A stretch of 57,307 bases of DNA, filler included, from Actinomycetales bacterium (GTDB lineage: Bacteria > Actinomycetota > Actinomycetes > Actinomycetales > CAVURS01): NCBI GenBank assembly GCA_045807245.1. It is 2 parts of 2 records of this genome, joined end to end, with 100 filler letters (N's around TTAATTAATTAA, not from the genome) between each part and the next. Parts side by side here need not be neighbours in the genome. Positions count along the whole stretch, not along the records: positions 1 to 29,562 come from JBJMHS010000047.1; 1 more part is not named here. One strand, given 5' to 3'. Below are positions 9,662 to 18,323 of this stretch, in pieces; position 1 is the first letter of the stretch; each line of letters starts with the position of its first letter. The position numbers were made by a program, and so were the translations under genes. Below the pieces are notes generated by a model that saw only the letters and a list, made by a program, of their open reading frames with translations, was not told the origin of the DNA and did not search any database.

Positions 9662-10627
9662 TCAGAAGTTCTCGGGCACCCGGATCCGGCCGGTGCCGAC
9701 GGACACGACGTTGCCGCCGACCCACGCGTTGAGGACCCGGCCGCCTTGCGTCTCCACGTCGCAGTACAGCGTCGACGGCCGGCCGATCTCCGAGCCTTGG
9801 CGGACGACGTAGGAGTAGGTGCCGTCACCGGGGATGCGCCCGGAGAACAGCAGGACGCCGGAAAGCGCCAGGGAGGCCGACCCCGTTGCGGGGTCCTCGA
9901 CCGTGCCGATGTCCGGGCAGAACACGCGCACGTGCGCCGTCGACGCCGACGGGGACCAGGCCACCGTGACCACCCCACCGAGCCGGCCGAGCGGCGTACC
10001 GTCCGCCTCCGGCGGTGGCTTGAGCCCGATCATGTCCGAGAGCCGGGCCTGGGCCCGCAGCACGGCGCCCTCGCGCACCATCAGGAACCAGAACGGCAGA
10101 CCGGCGCTCGCGACGTACGACGCGCCTGCCGCACCCTCGACCAGGTCCGACCGGTCCAGACCGACAGCGGCGACAGCCGGACTGGCGTCGTGGACCGGTA
10201 CGACGGTCACCGGCGTACCGCCGCTGAGCGACGCCACCGCGGAGCAGCGGCCGCCGCTGGCGTCGGCCCGGACGGTCACCAGCCCGGCCGGGCAGGCCTG
10301 CAGCACAGGCTCGGGTGTGAACCCCGACGGCACCAGGCCGTGCCGAGCCAGCACCCACGCGGTGCCCACCGACGGGTGGCCGGCGAACGGCAGCTCGGTG
10401 AGCGGGGTGAAGATGCGCAGCCGGTACGACGCGCCCGCCGCCAGCTGCGCCGGGGTGGGCTGCACCGGGAAGGCGGTCTCGGAGAGGTTGAACTCCGACG
10501 CGATCGCTTGCAGCTGGGCGGTCGACAGTGCGCCGGCTCCGCGGACGACGGCGAGCGGGTTGCCCGCGAACGCGCGGTCGGCGAACACGTCGACGGTCTC
10601 GAAGTCGAGCTCAACAACGTCGGTCAC
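9662..10627 (-). CDS. PhzF/DAP-epimerase-fold isomerase
   Basis: VDVF...GNPLAVV, NLSETAF, RIFTP.TELPFAGHP, EDPATGSA, QGSEIGRPS. Confidence 0.92.
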   Translation of the reverse strand: MTDVVELDFETVDVFADRAFAGNPLAVVRGAGALSTAQLQAIASEFNLSETAFPVQPTPAQLAAGASYRLRIFTPLTELPFAGHPSVGTAWVLARHGLVPSGFTPEPVLQACPAGLVTVRADASGGRCSAVASLSGGTPVTVVPVHDASPAVAAVGLDRSDLVEGAAGASYVASAGLPFWFLMVREGAVLRAQARLSDMIGLKPPPEADGTPLGRLGGVVTVAWSPSASTAHVRVFCPDIGTVEDPATGSASLALSGVLLFSGRIPGDGTYSYVVRQGSEIGRPSTLYCDVETQGGRVLNAWVGGNVVSVGTGRIRVPENF

Positions 10628-10769
10628 ATCTGGTCCAGCATCGGCGACTGTTCCCCCCTCTCTCGCGGTACAGCCTGTCAGGCCCGGCCCGCTTTGCAGA
10701 GCAATACCGGCAAGTCGTGTGTGCGTGCCGCGACCCTGGGTGCGGCTGCGCGCTGACTAGCCTGGACGC

Positions 10770-12158
10770 GTGAACGGAGCTCCGAGCCGGGTCTTCGTCG
10801 CGCGGATGTCGGGTCTGGCCGTTTTCGACCCCCAAGGTGACCAGGTCGGACGGGTGCGCGACGTCGTTGTCGTCTTCCGGCCCGGCCGCGAGCGGCCCCA
10901 CGCCATCGGCCTCGTCGTCGAGGTGCCGGGCCGGCGCCGGGTCTTCCTGCCGATGACCCGGGTCACGAGCATCGACGGCGGGCAGGTGATCTCGACCGGT
11001 CTGGTGAACATGCGCCGGTTCGAGCAGCGCGCGGCCGAGACGCTGGTTCTGGCCGAGCTGCTCGACCGTGAGGTCCAGCTGCGCGACGGCACCGGGTCGG
11101 CCGTCGTCGAGGACGTCGCCATCGAGTCCGAGCGCAGCCGTGAGTGGGTCATCACGAAGCTGTTCTGCCGCAGGGGGCCGGCGACCCGCGGGTTCGGCGG
11201 CCGGCTGCGGCGGCGCGGTGAGACGTTCATGGTCGACATCGACGACGTGGTCGGCCTGGCCACCGAGAGCGCCCAGTCGGCGGTGACCCTGCTCGCCACG
11301 CTGGAGAGTCTCAAGGCGGTCGACCTGGCCGACGTCATCCACGACCTGTCGTCCAAGCGACGGGTCGAGGTCGCGGCCGCACTGGACGACGAGAAGCTCG
11401 CCGACGTGCTGGAGGAGCTGCCCGAGGACGACCAGGTCGAGATCCTGAACCAGCTCGGCTCGCAGCGGGCCGCCGCCGTCCTGGAGGTCATGCAGCCGGA
11501 CGACGCGGCCGACCTGCTCAGCGAGCTGCCCGAGGAGACCGCCGAGATCCTGCTGCAGCTCATGGAGCCGGACGAGGCGGAGCCGCTGCGCCGGCTGCTC
11601 GCGTACGACGAGAAGACCGCCGGTGGCCTGATGACGACGGACCCGGTGGTGCTCGCGCCGGAGTCGAGCATCGCCGAGGCCCTGGCGGTGGTGCGGCGGG
11701 CCGAGCTCACACCGGCCCTGGCCAGCGCCGTGTTCGTGTGCCGGCCGCCGTTGGAGACCCCGACCGGCAAGTTCATCGGCCTGGTGCACATCCAGCGGCT
11801 GCTGCGCGAGCCTCCGGCCGCCGCCGTGGGGACGGTCATCGACAAGGACGTCGAGCCGCTGCTGCCGGACGCACCGCTCGGCCGCGTGACCCGGCTGCTC
11901 GCGACGTACAACCTGGTGACCGTCCCGGTCGTCGACGACCAGGGGCGCCTGCTGGGTGCCGTGACGGTCGACGACGTGCTGGACCACATCCTTCCGGAGG
12001 ACTGGCGCGACATCGACGACCACGACGCCGATGGCGACGTGGACGAGACCGGCGGCCTGGCCGCGGCGGAAGCGGCCACGGGCCACGCGGGCCGCGCGGG
12101 CCACGCGGGCCTCGGGGGCCACGAGGTCCGGACGCGGAGCGGGCGCCATGGCGCGTGA
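10770..12158 (+). CDS. PRC-barrel + MgtE N-terminal + CBS-pair protein (soluble; no MgtE membrane domain)
   Basis: GRVRDVV PRC barrel, LADVLEELPEDDQ/MQPDDAADLL MgtE_N repeats, TAGGLMT, PVVD..GRLLGAVTVDDVLD CBS. Confidence 0.9.
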   Translation: MNGAPSRVFVARMSGLAVFDPQGDQVGRVRDVVVVFRPGRERPHAIGLVVEVPGRRRVFLPMTRVTSIDGGQVISTGLVNMRRFEQRAAETLVLAELLDREVQLRDGTGSAVVEDVAIESERSREWVITKLFCRRGPATRGFGGRLRRRGETFMVDIDDVVGLATESAQSAVTLLATLESLKAVDLADVIHDLSSKRRVEVAAALDDEKLADVLEELPEDDQVEILNQLGSQRAAAVLEVMQPDDAADLLSELPEETAEILLQLMEPDEAEPLRRLLAYDEKTAGGLMTTDPVVLAPESSIAEALAVVRRAELTPALASAVFVCRPPLETPTGKFIGLVHIQRLLREPPAAAVGTVIDKDVEPLLPDAPLGRVTRLLATYNLVTVPVVDDQGRLLGAVTVDDVLDHILPEDWRDIDDHDADGDVDETGGLAAAEAATGHAGRAGHAGLGGHEVRTRSGRHGA

Positions 12159-12699
12159 GCGGCGGCGGACCCGGTCCACCCGGCTGGACCAGCCGCGCGA
12201 GTCCAGCCGGCCGCTGCTGAGCCGTCCTCAGGTCGACCCGGAGAAGTTCGGCCGGGTCTCCGAGCGGTTCGCGCGGTTCATGGGTACGGCGCGCTTCCTG
12301 GTCTACATGACCGCCTTCGTGCTGGTCTGGCTGGCCTGGAACACGTTCGCACCGCGGCACCTCCAGTTCGACGCGCGCGCGCTGAACTACACGCTGCTCA
12401 CCTTGATCCTGTCGCTGCAGGCGTCGTACGCCGCTCCGCTCATCCTGCTCGCGCAGAACCGGCAGGACGACCGTGACCGCGTGGTCGGAGAGCAGGACCG
12501 GGCCCGGGACGAGCGCAACCTCGCCGACACGGAGTACCTCACGCGCGAGGTGGCTGCCTTGCGAATTGCGTTGCGGGACGTGGCGACTCGTGACTTCGTC
12601 CGCTCGGAGCTGCGATCACTGCTCGAGGAGCTGGAGGACCGCGGAGCGCTGCGTCCGGTCGAGTCGGGCGACGACGAGAGCCGCGCCGACGCCGTCTAG
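12148..12699 (+). CDS. DUF1003 membrane protein
   Basis: ARFMGT, LLTLILSLQASYAAPLILLAQNRQ signature; ATG 12148 overlaps upstream gene end. Confidence 0.88.
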   Translation: MARERRRTRSTRLDQPRESSRPLLSRPQVDPEKFGRVSERFARFMGTARFLVYMTAFVLVWLAWNTFAPRHLQFDARALNYTLLTLILSLQASYAAPLILLAQNRQDDRDRVVGEQDRARDERNLADTEYLTREVAALRIALRDVATRDFVRSELRSLLEELEDRGALRPVESGDDESRADAV

Positions 12700-13196
12700 G
12701 AGCCGGCCGGGGCCGCCGGACGGTCGACGTCCGGGGCCGCGATGAGGTTGCAGGCCTCGCCCAGGGCGCGCAGCTGGTCGGGCGACACCCGGTCGATGAC
12801 GTAGCCCCCAACCCCGCGCAGGTGAGTCGGGGTCGCCGCCCGCAGGCGTTCGTAGCCCGTGTCGGTCAGCACGGCGAACGTGCCTCGGGCGTCGTGCGGT
12901 GCCGGCTCGCGCCGTACGAGGCCCTCGGCGACGAGCCGGTCGACCAGGCGGGTGAGGCCGCTGCGCGAGATGAGGACGGCGCCGGCCAGGTCGGTCATCC
13001 GCAGCCGGTGGTCCGGCGCCTCCACGAGCTGGACCATGACGTCGTACCAGGCGAGGGGCATCTTGTGCTCGGCCAGCAGGTCGGCCTCGAGCTTGCGGGT
13101 CACCGCGGCGTGGGCCCGCAGGAAGGACCGCCACGAAGCGATCTGAGCATGGGTCAGGCGTCCGGACCGGGCGGATCCGCGGGCGACGCTGTTCAC
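12696..13196 (-). CDS. MarR family transcriptional regulator
   Basis: WYDVMVQL, LRMTDLA...SRSGLTRLVDRL..EGLVRR, DARG..AVLT..G winged helix. Confidence 0.9.
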   Translation of the reverse strand: MNSVARGSARSGRLTHAQIASWRSFLRAHAAVTRKLEADLLAEHKMPLAWYDVMVQLVEAPDHRLRMTDLAGAVLISRSGLTRLVDRLVAEGLVRREPAPHDARGTFAVLTDTGYERLRAATPTHLRGVGGYVIDRVSPDQLRALGEACNLIAAPDVDRPAAPAGS

Positions 13197-13234
13197 GCGG
13201 AGGACCCTAGTGGAACGCTCCGTACGATGGGGGT

Positions 13235-14368
13235 GTGCCCACAGCCACTCTTGACGCCGTCCAGGCTGCCCTGGCGACGGTCAACGACCCCGAGATCCGG
13301 CGCCCGATCACCGAGCTGGGCATGGTCAGCGATGTCCAGATCGGTCCCGAGGGCGCCGTCGACGTCGAGGTGCTGCTGACCGTCTCCGGCTGCCCGATGA
13401 AGGAGACGCTGACCCGGGATGTGACCTCCGCCGTCTCTGCGGTGCAGGGTGTCGCCGCGGTGAACGTCCGGCTCGGCGTGATGACCGAGGAGCAGCGTCG
13501 GGGCCTGCGTGAGCAGCTGCGGGGCGGCGCCGCCGAACCGGTGATCCCCTTCGCTCAGCCCGGCTCCCTGACCCGCGTGTACGCCGTCGCCTCCGGCAAG
13601 GGCGGTGTCGGCAAGTCCTCCGTCACCGTCAACCTGGCCGCGTCGATGGCGGCGGACGGCCTGCGGGTCGGAGTCGTCGACGCGGACGTCTACGGCTTCT
13701 CGGTGCCCCGGATGCTCGGCGTGGAGCAGCGGCCGACGCAGGTCGACGACATGATCCTGCCGCCGATCGCGCACGAGGTGAAGGTGATCTCGATCGGCAT
13801 GTTCGTGCCTGGAAACCAGCCCGTCGTGTGGCGGGGACCCATGCTGCACCGGGCCCTGCAGCAGTTCCTGGCCGACGTCTTCTGGGGTGACCTCGACGTC
13901 CTGCTGCTGGACCTGCCGCCGGGGACCGGTGACATCGCCATCTCCGTGGCCCAGCTGGTGCCGGGCGCGGAGATCCTCGTCGTCACCACGCCGCAGCAGG
14001 CTGCGGCCGAGGTGGCCGAGCGGGCCGGCGCCATCGCGCTGCAGACCCACCAGCAGATCGTCGGCGTCGTGGAGAACATGGCCTGGCTGGAGCTGCCCGA
14101 CCACTCCCGGCTCGAGCTGTTCGGCTCCGGTGGCGGCCAGGTGGTCGCGGACTCCCTGACCCGGGCGGTCGGCGCGCCGGTTCCGCTGCTGGGCCAGGTG
14201 CCGATCGACGTGACCCTGCGCGAGGGTGGAGACAGCGGCACCCCGGTCGTCCTGTCCGACCCCGACTCCCCCGCGGCCGTGGTCCTGCGCGGCATCGCCC
14301 GCCAGCTGTCCCGCCGGGCGCGGGGGCTGGCCGGCCGATCGCTGGGACTCAGCCCCGTCTCCCGCTGA
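13235..14368 (+). CDS. mrp: Mrp/NBP35 (ApbC) Fe-S carrier ATPase with N-terminal DUF59
   Basis: VNDPEIRRPITELGMV, SGKGGVGKS, DADVYG, WRGPM, DLPPGTGD, VTTPQ, GVVENM. Confidence 0.95.
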   Translation: MPTATLDAVQAALATVNDPEIRRPITELGMVSDVQIGPEGAVDVEVLLTVSGCPMKETLTRDVTSAVSAVQGVAAVNVRLGVMTEEQRRGLREQLRGGAAEPVIPFAQPGSLTRVYAVASGKGGVGKSSVTVNLAASMAADGLRVGVVDADVYGFSVPRMLGVEQRPTQVDDMILPPIAHEVKVISIGMFVPGNQPVVWRGPMLHRALQQFLADVFWGDLDVLLLDLPPGTGDIAISVAQLVPGAEILVVTTPQQAAAEVAERAGAIALQTHQQIVGVVENMAWLELPDHSRLELFGSGGGQVVADSLTRAVGAPVPLLGQVPIDVTLREGGDSGTPVVLSDPDSPAAVVLRGIARQLSRRARGLAGRSLGLSPVSR

Positions 14369-14371
14369 GCC

Positions 14372-14761
14372 TCAGGTCGCGTCCTCGTCGTACGCCGCGG
14401 GGTCGCCCGCCCCGGCCGACGCGTCGCCGTCGGCTGCCGGGGCCGGGCCACCGGGGCTCTGGGGTTTCTCCGCGGGCTTCTCCGCCCGCCGGTTCGCCTC
14501 GTCCTCGTCCGCCGACGCGAGCGCGTCACGGACGATGCGCCGCGGGTCGTACTGACGGGGGTCCAGCGTCTTCCAGTCCACGTCGTCGAACTCGGGGCCG
14601 AGCTGCTCGCGCATCTGGTCCTTGGCGCCGTCCGCCATGGCCCGCAGCTGCCGCAGCACTCTCGCCGCCTGAGCGGCGTAGCCGGGCAGCTTGTCCGGTC
14701 CGAGGACGAACAACGCAACGGCGCCGAGCACGAGGAACTCGGAGCCGTTGACGTCGAACAC
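14372..14761 (-). CDS. tatB: Sec-independent translocase TatB
   Basis: MFDV..SEFLVL...LFVLGPDKLP, LDPRQYDPRRIVRDAL, YDEDAT C-terminus; follows htrA. Confidence 0.9.
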   Translation of the reverse strand: MFDVNGSEFLVLGAVALFVLGPDKLPGYAAQAARVLRQLRAMADGAKDQMREQLGPEFDDVDWKTLDPRQYDPRRIVRDALASADEDEANRRAEKPAEKPQSPGGPAPAADGDASAGAGDPAAYDEDAT

Positions 14762-14800
14762 GTGGTGATTCTGCCGCAGGTGCCTGTGCGGATTGGTCCA

Positions 14801-16126
14801 CTACTCGGATGAGCCGGTCAGCGTGACCTTGACGGCCCTCTCCTTCGACCCGCTCCGAACGGTCAAGGTCACGGTGTCGCCCGGCGCGTGGGACCGGATC
14901 GCGACCACGAACTCGTCGGAGTCGGCGGGTCGCTGGCCGTCGATGGCGAGGATGACATCGCCGGGCTTGATCCCCGCCCGGTCGGCCGGCCCGCCGGGGG
15001 TCACGGGGGGCTGCCCGTTCTGGGCGCGCGTCGCGACCTGGACGCCCTCGCCGGTGTAGGCGGTGTTGAGCAGCACGCCGATCACCGGATGCACCGCCTT
15101 GCCCGTCTTGATCAGCTGCTCGGCCGTGATCCTCACCTGGTCGCTCGGGATGGCGAACCCCACGCCGATGTTGCCCGACTGCTGACCCAGCTGACCGGCT
15201 CCGGGCACCTGCGCAATCGCCGAGTTGACCCCGATCACGTCACCCTGGGTGTTGACCAGGGGGCCGCCCGAGTTGCCGGGGTTGATGGCCGCGTCGGTCT
15301 GGATCGCGTTGATGAACGAGGACTCCGAGCTCGCCGCGCCGGCGGTCACCGGCCGGTTGAGCGCGCTCACGATGCCGGTCGTCACCGAGCCCTGCAGCCC
15401 CAGCGGGGCACCGACCGCGATCACCGGGTCGCCCACGACGACGTCCTTCGACTCGCCGAGGGCCAGCTCGGGCAGCCCGGTGCGGCCGACCTTGACGATG
15501 GCCAGGTCGTACGACGCGTCCCGCCCCACGATCGTGCCCTTGGTGCTCTTGCCGTCGGCGAAGACCACGGAGATCGTGCCGCCGGAGGCGGCGGCCGCGA
15601 CGACGTGGTTGTTGGTCACGATGAAGCCGTTGGAGTGCAACACGAAGCCGGAGCCCGTGTCGGCCTCCTCCGCACCCGTGACCTTGATCGTCACGACGGA
15701 CGGAAGCACGCGGCGTACGACGCCCGCGACCGAGTCCGGAGCGCGGCTGCCGGTGCCGGTGGCGGTCTTGGGCAGCGTGATGCCTGCATCCTCGGCGCGG
15801 TTCTGCCACCACGCGCCGGCCAGCCCGCCGAGCAGCCCGGCCACCAGGGCGACGCAGGAGGCAAGAACAAGGACTGCGGTGAGCGGGAGAGCAGTCGGCG
15901 CCCGATGCGGATGGAGGGGTAGCGGCTCGGCCGCGGGCTCGGCCCCAGGCTCGGCCCCGGCCTCGGTCACCGTGGACATGGGCTCGGACGTGAGCGCGGA
16001 CACGGGCTCCCCTGACGGGTCGGGTGCCGGGCCAGCCGACTGGTCGGAGACCGGCTCGCGCGACGGCTCGGGCGCCGGGCCGACCGCCGTGCCGCCCGGC
16101 TGGGTCGGCTGCCCTTGCTCGCTCAC
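14801..16126 (-). CDS. htrA: Membrane-anchored HtrA/DegP-like serine protease with PDZ domain
   Basis: TM helix, GSGF, TNNHV, DLA, IQTDAAINPGNSGGPL, PDZ; within sigE-antisigma-htrA-tatB cluster. Confidence 0.9.
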   Translation of the reverse strand: MSEQGQPTQPGGTAVGPAPEPSREPVSDQSAGPAPDPSGEPVSALTSEPMSTVTEAGAEPGAEPAAEPLPLHPHRAPTALPLTAVLVLASCVALVAGLLGGLAGAWWQNRAEDAGITLPKTATGTGSRAPDSVAGVVRRVLPSVVTIKVTGAEEADTGSGFVLHSNGFIVTNNHVVAAAASGGTISVVFADGKSTKGTIVGRDASYDLAIVKVGRTGLPELALGESKDVVVGDPVIAVGAPLGLQGSVTTGIVSALNRPVTAGAASSESSFINAIQTDAAINPGNSGGPLVNTQGDVIGVNSAIAQVPGAGQLGQQSGNIGVGFAIPSDQVRITAEQLIKTGKAVHPVIGVLLNTAYTGEGVQVATRAQNGQPPVTPGGPADRAGIKPGDVILAIDGQRPADSDEFVVAIRSHAPGDTVTLTVRSGSKERAVKVTLTGSSE

Positions 16127-16176
16127 GCCTCGATCCTGCCAAACCGCCGGCGGACCAGCGCGTCAGGGACGAAGCC

Positions 16177-16824
16177 TCACGGGGTCGGGACGAGCGCGCC
16201 CTGGTCGCCGACCTTGCGGATGACCCGGCTCACGTCGACCATCGGGTCCACCACGCTGCCGGGCGAGCCGACGTTCGAGGTGAGCTGGGTGAGCGGCGGC
16301 GTTCGGCTGTCCGACCCGACACCCGCGCTCAGGCCGACGACGGCCACGACCATGGTCGACAGGGCCGCGCCAGCCAGCGCCGCCAGCCGCACGGTACGGC
16401 GGGGGTCCCGCCCGGACCCGGTCACGGCCCGCACCGCGTTGCGGTCGGCGCGCCCGGCGGGCCGGCTCCCTTGCGGACGCCCGGCAGCCGGACGGCTCGG
16501 CACGTTGATGGCCCGGGGCTGGGTCGGCAGCTGGCCCGGACGCGGCGGTATCGGGCCGCCCGGCTCGGCCATGGCCAGCAGCTGGGCCGTCAGACGGGCC
16601 GGGACCTGCGGAGCCGGCAGCACCGAGAGGCGCACCTTGAGCAGCCGCTCGGTCTCGACCTGCCCACGGCACAGGTCGCAGCCGGCGATGTGCACGAGCG
16701 CCCGGTCCCGCGCGTCGGCGGGCAGGGCCTCGTCGACCAGCGCGGTGATCCGGTCGCCCAGATGGGGGCCGACCGGGCCGACCGGCCCGGCCGGGCCAGC
16801 GGGGACGAAGGGATGAGCGGTCAC
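16177..16824 (-). CDS. Zinc-binding (HxxxCxxC) membrane anti-sigma factor
   Basis: [11 protein letters not shown]...HIAGCDLCR, one TM helix; GTGA overlap with sigE stop. Confidence 0.87.
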   Translation of the reverse strand: MTAHPFVPAGPAGPVGPVGPHLGDRITALVDEALPADARDRALVHIAGCDLCRGQVETERLLKVRLSVLPAPQVPARLTAQLLAMAEPGGPIPPRPGQLPTQPRAINVPSRPAAGRPQGSRPAGRADRNAVRAVTGSGRDPRRTVRLAALAGAALSTMVVAVVGLSAGVGSDSRTPPLTQLTSNVGSPGSVVDPMVDVSRVIRKVGDQGALVPTP

Positions 16825-17474
16825 AGGACCTCACCCGCCCGGCTGGTGCGGGGAGCGCGGTGCGCGAGCGCGTCACGCAGCTGCGACCGGCCCCGGTGGA
16901 TGCGCGAGCGGACGGTGCCCAGCTTGACGCCGAGCGTCGCCGCGATCTCCTCGTAGGTCAGGCCTTCGATGTCACAAAGAACCACCGCCGCGCGGAAGTC
17001 GGGCGAGAGTGCGTCGAGCGCGCTCTGGATGTCGTCGTCCAGGTGCGTGTCGTCGTACGCCCTGGAGGGGTCGGGCTCGCGCCCGGGCAGCCGCGCGTCG
17101 GCGTCCTCGGCCAGCGCGTCGAACCGGATCCGCTTCTTGCGGCGCACCTGGTCCAGGAACAGGTTCGTGGTGATGCGGTGCAGCCAGCCCTCGAACGTGC
17201 CCGGGGTGTACGTCGACAGGCTGCGGAAGACTCGGACGAACACCTCCTGGGTGAGGTCCTCGGCGTCGTGGACGTTGCCGGTCAGGCGGTAGGCCAGCCG
17301 GTAGACCCGCGCCGAGTGCTGCTCGACGACCTCTTGCCAGGTCGGAGGCACCCACGGCTCAGGGTGAGCCGGCTGGACCGGCTCCACCGGCTGCACCGGC
17401 TCCACGAAGACTCCTTCGGCGGCTCGGACCACCCGGGAGTCGGACGGCCGTTCGAGCGTGACAACCATCGTCAC
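16821..17474 (-). CDS. sigE: ECF sigma factor SigE
   Basis: [73 protein letters not shown]; start approximate. Confidence 0.93.
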   Translation of the reverse strand: MTMVVTLERPSDSRVVRAAEGVFVEPVQPVEPVQPAHPEPWVPPTWQEVVEQHSARVYRLAYRLTGNVHDAEDLTQEVFVRVFRSLSTYTPGTFEGWLHRITTNLFLDQVRRKKRIRFDALAEDADARLPGREPDPSRAYDDTHLDDDIQSALDALSPDFRAAVVLCDIEGLTYEEIAATLGVKLGTVRSRIHRGRSQLRDALAHRAPRTSRAGEVL

Positions 17475-17601
17475 CTGGCCCGTCCTTCCCAGTCCAGCCG
17501 CACCGCCCCGTCAGGGGCGATCGACGGCAAACAAGCGCCCGATCAGCGCAGGGTCTTCACACACCGGCGTCTTCGCCGTACTTCCGCTCGTCACCGGGCC
17601 C

Positions 17602-17627
17602 AACGGCTCGCGAACGGCACCAGTTCC
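17602..17627 (-). promoter_or_regulatory. SigH/SigR/SigE-type ECF promoter upstream of sigE
   Basis: Minus strand GGAAC-N18-GTT (GGAACtggtgccgttcgcgagccGTTG). Confidence 0.65.
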
Positions 17628-17672
17628 CCGACTAGGCTGAGCACGAGCCGCGCCCGACGCACCGCTGACGCC

Positions 17673-18320
17673 ATGGAGGCCGCCATCACCGGACAGAAGC
17701 CCGCGACCTGGGCGTATGCCGAGTCCTTCATCGCCGAAGACGACGTCCTGGAGCGGGCCCGCGCCCGGGCCGAGGAGTTCGGCTGCGTGCCGGTGCAGCC
17801 CGGCACCGGCGCCGCACTGCGGCTGCTCGCCGCCGCCCTGTCCGCGCGGGCGGTCGTCGAGGTCGGTACGGGCGCCGGCGTGTCCGGCGTGTGGCTGCTC
17901 CGGGGGATGCCGGAGGACGGCGTACTGACCAGCATCGACATCGAGACCGAGCACCAGAGGGCTGCGCGCGAGGCGTTCGCGGAGGCGGAGGTCGCGCCGA
18001 ACCGGACCCGGCTGATCAGCGGCCCTGCATTGGAGGTGCTCCCCCGGCTGACCGACGGGGCCTACGACCTCGTGCTGCTGGACGCGGACAAGATGGAGTA
18101 CGCCGAGTACTTGGAGCAGGCCGTCCGGCTGCTGCGGCCGGGTGGGGTCCTGGCCGTCGACAACGCCCTCTGGCACGACCGGGTCGCCGACCCGGCGCAG
18201 CGGGACGAGACCACGACGACCATCCGCGAGCTGGGCAAGGCCGTGCGGGCGAACCCGGCCCTGGTCTCGGCGATGCTGCCGGTGGGCGACGGCCTGCTGA
18301 CCGCGGTCAAGCGCGGGTAG
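17673..18320 (+). CDS. O-methyltransferase (Methyltransf_3), divergent from sigE
   Basis: VVEVGTGAGVSG, LTSIDIE, YDLVLLDADK, LLRPGG..VDN, PVGDGLL; start may be ATC 17685. Confidence 0.92.
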   Translation: MEAAITGQKPATWAYAESFIAEDDVLERARARAEEFGCVPVQPGTGAALRLLAAALSARAVVEVGTGAGVSGVWLLRGMPEDGVLTSIDIETEHQRAAREAFAEAEVAPNRTRLISGPALEVLPRLTDGAYDLVLLDADKMEYAEYLEQAVRLLRPGGVLAVDNALWHDRVADPAQRDETTTTIRELGKAVRANPALVSAMLPVGDGLLTAVKRG

Positions 18321-18323
18321 CGC

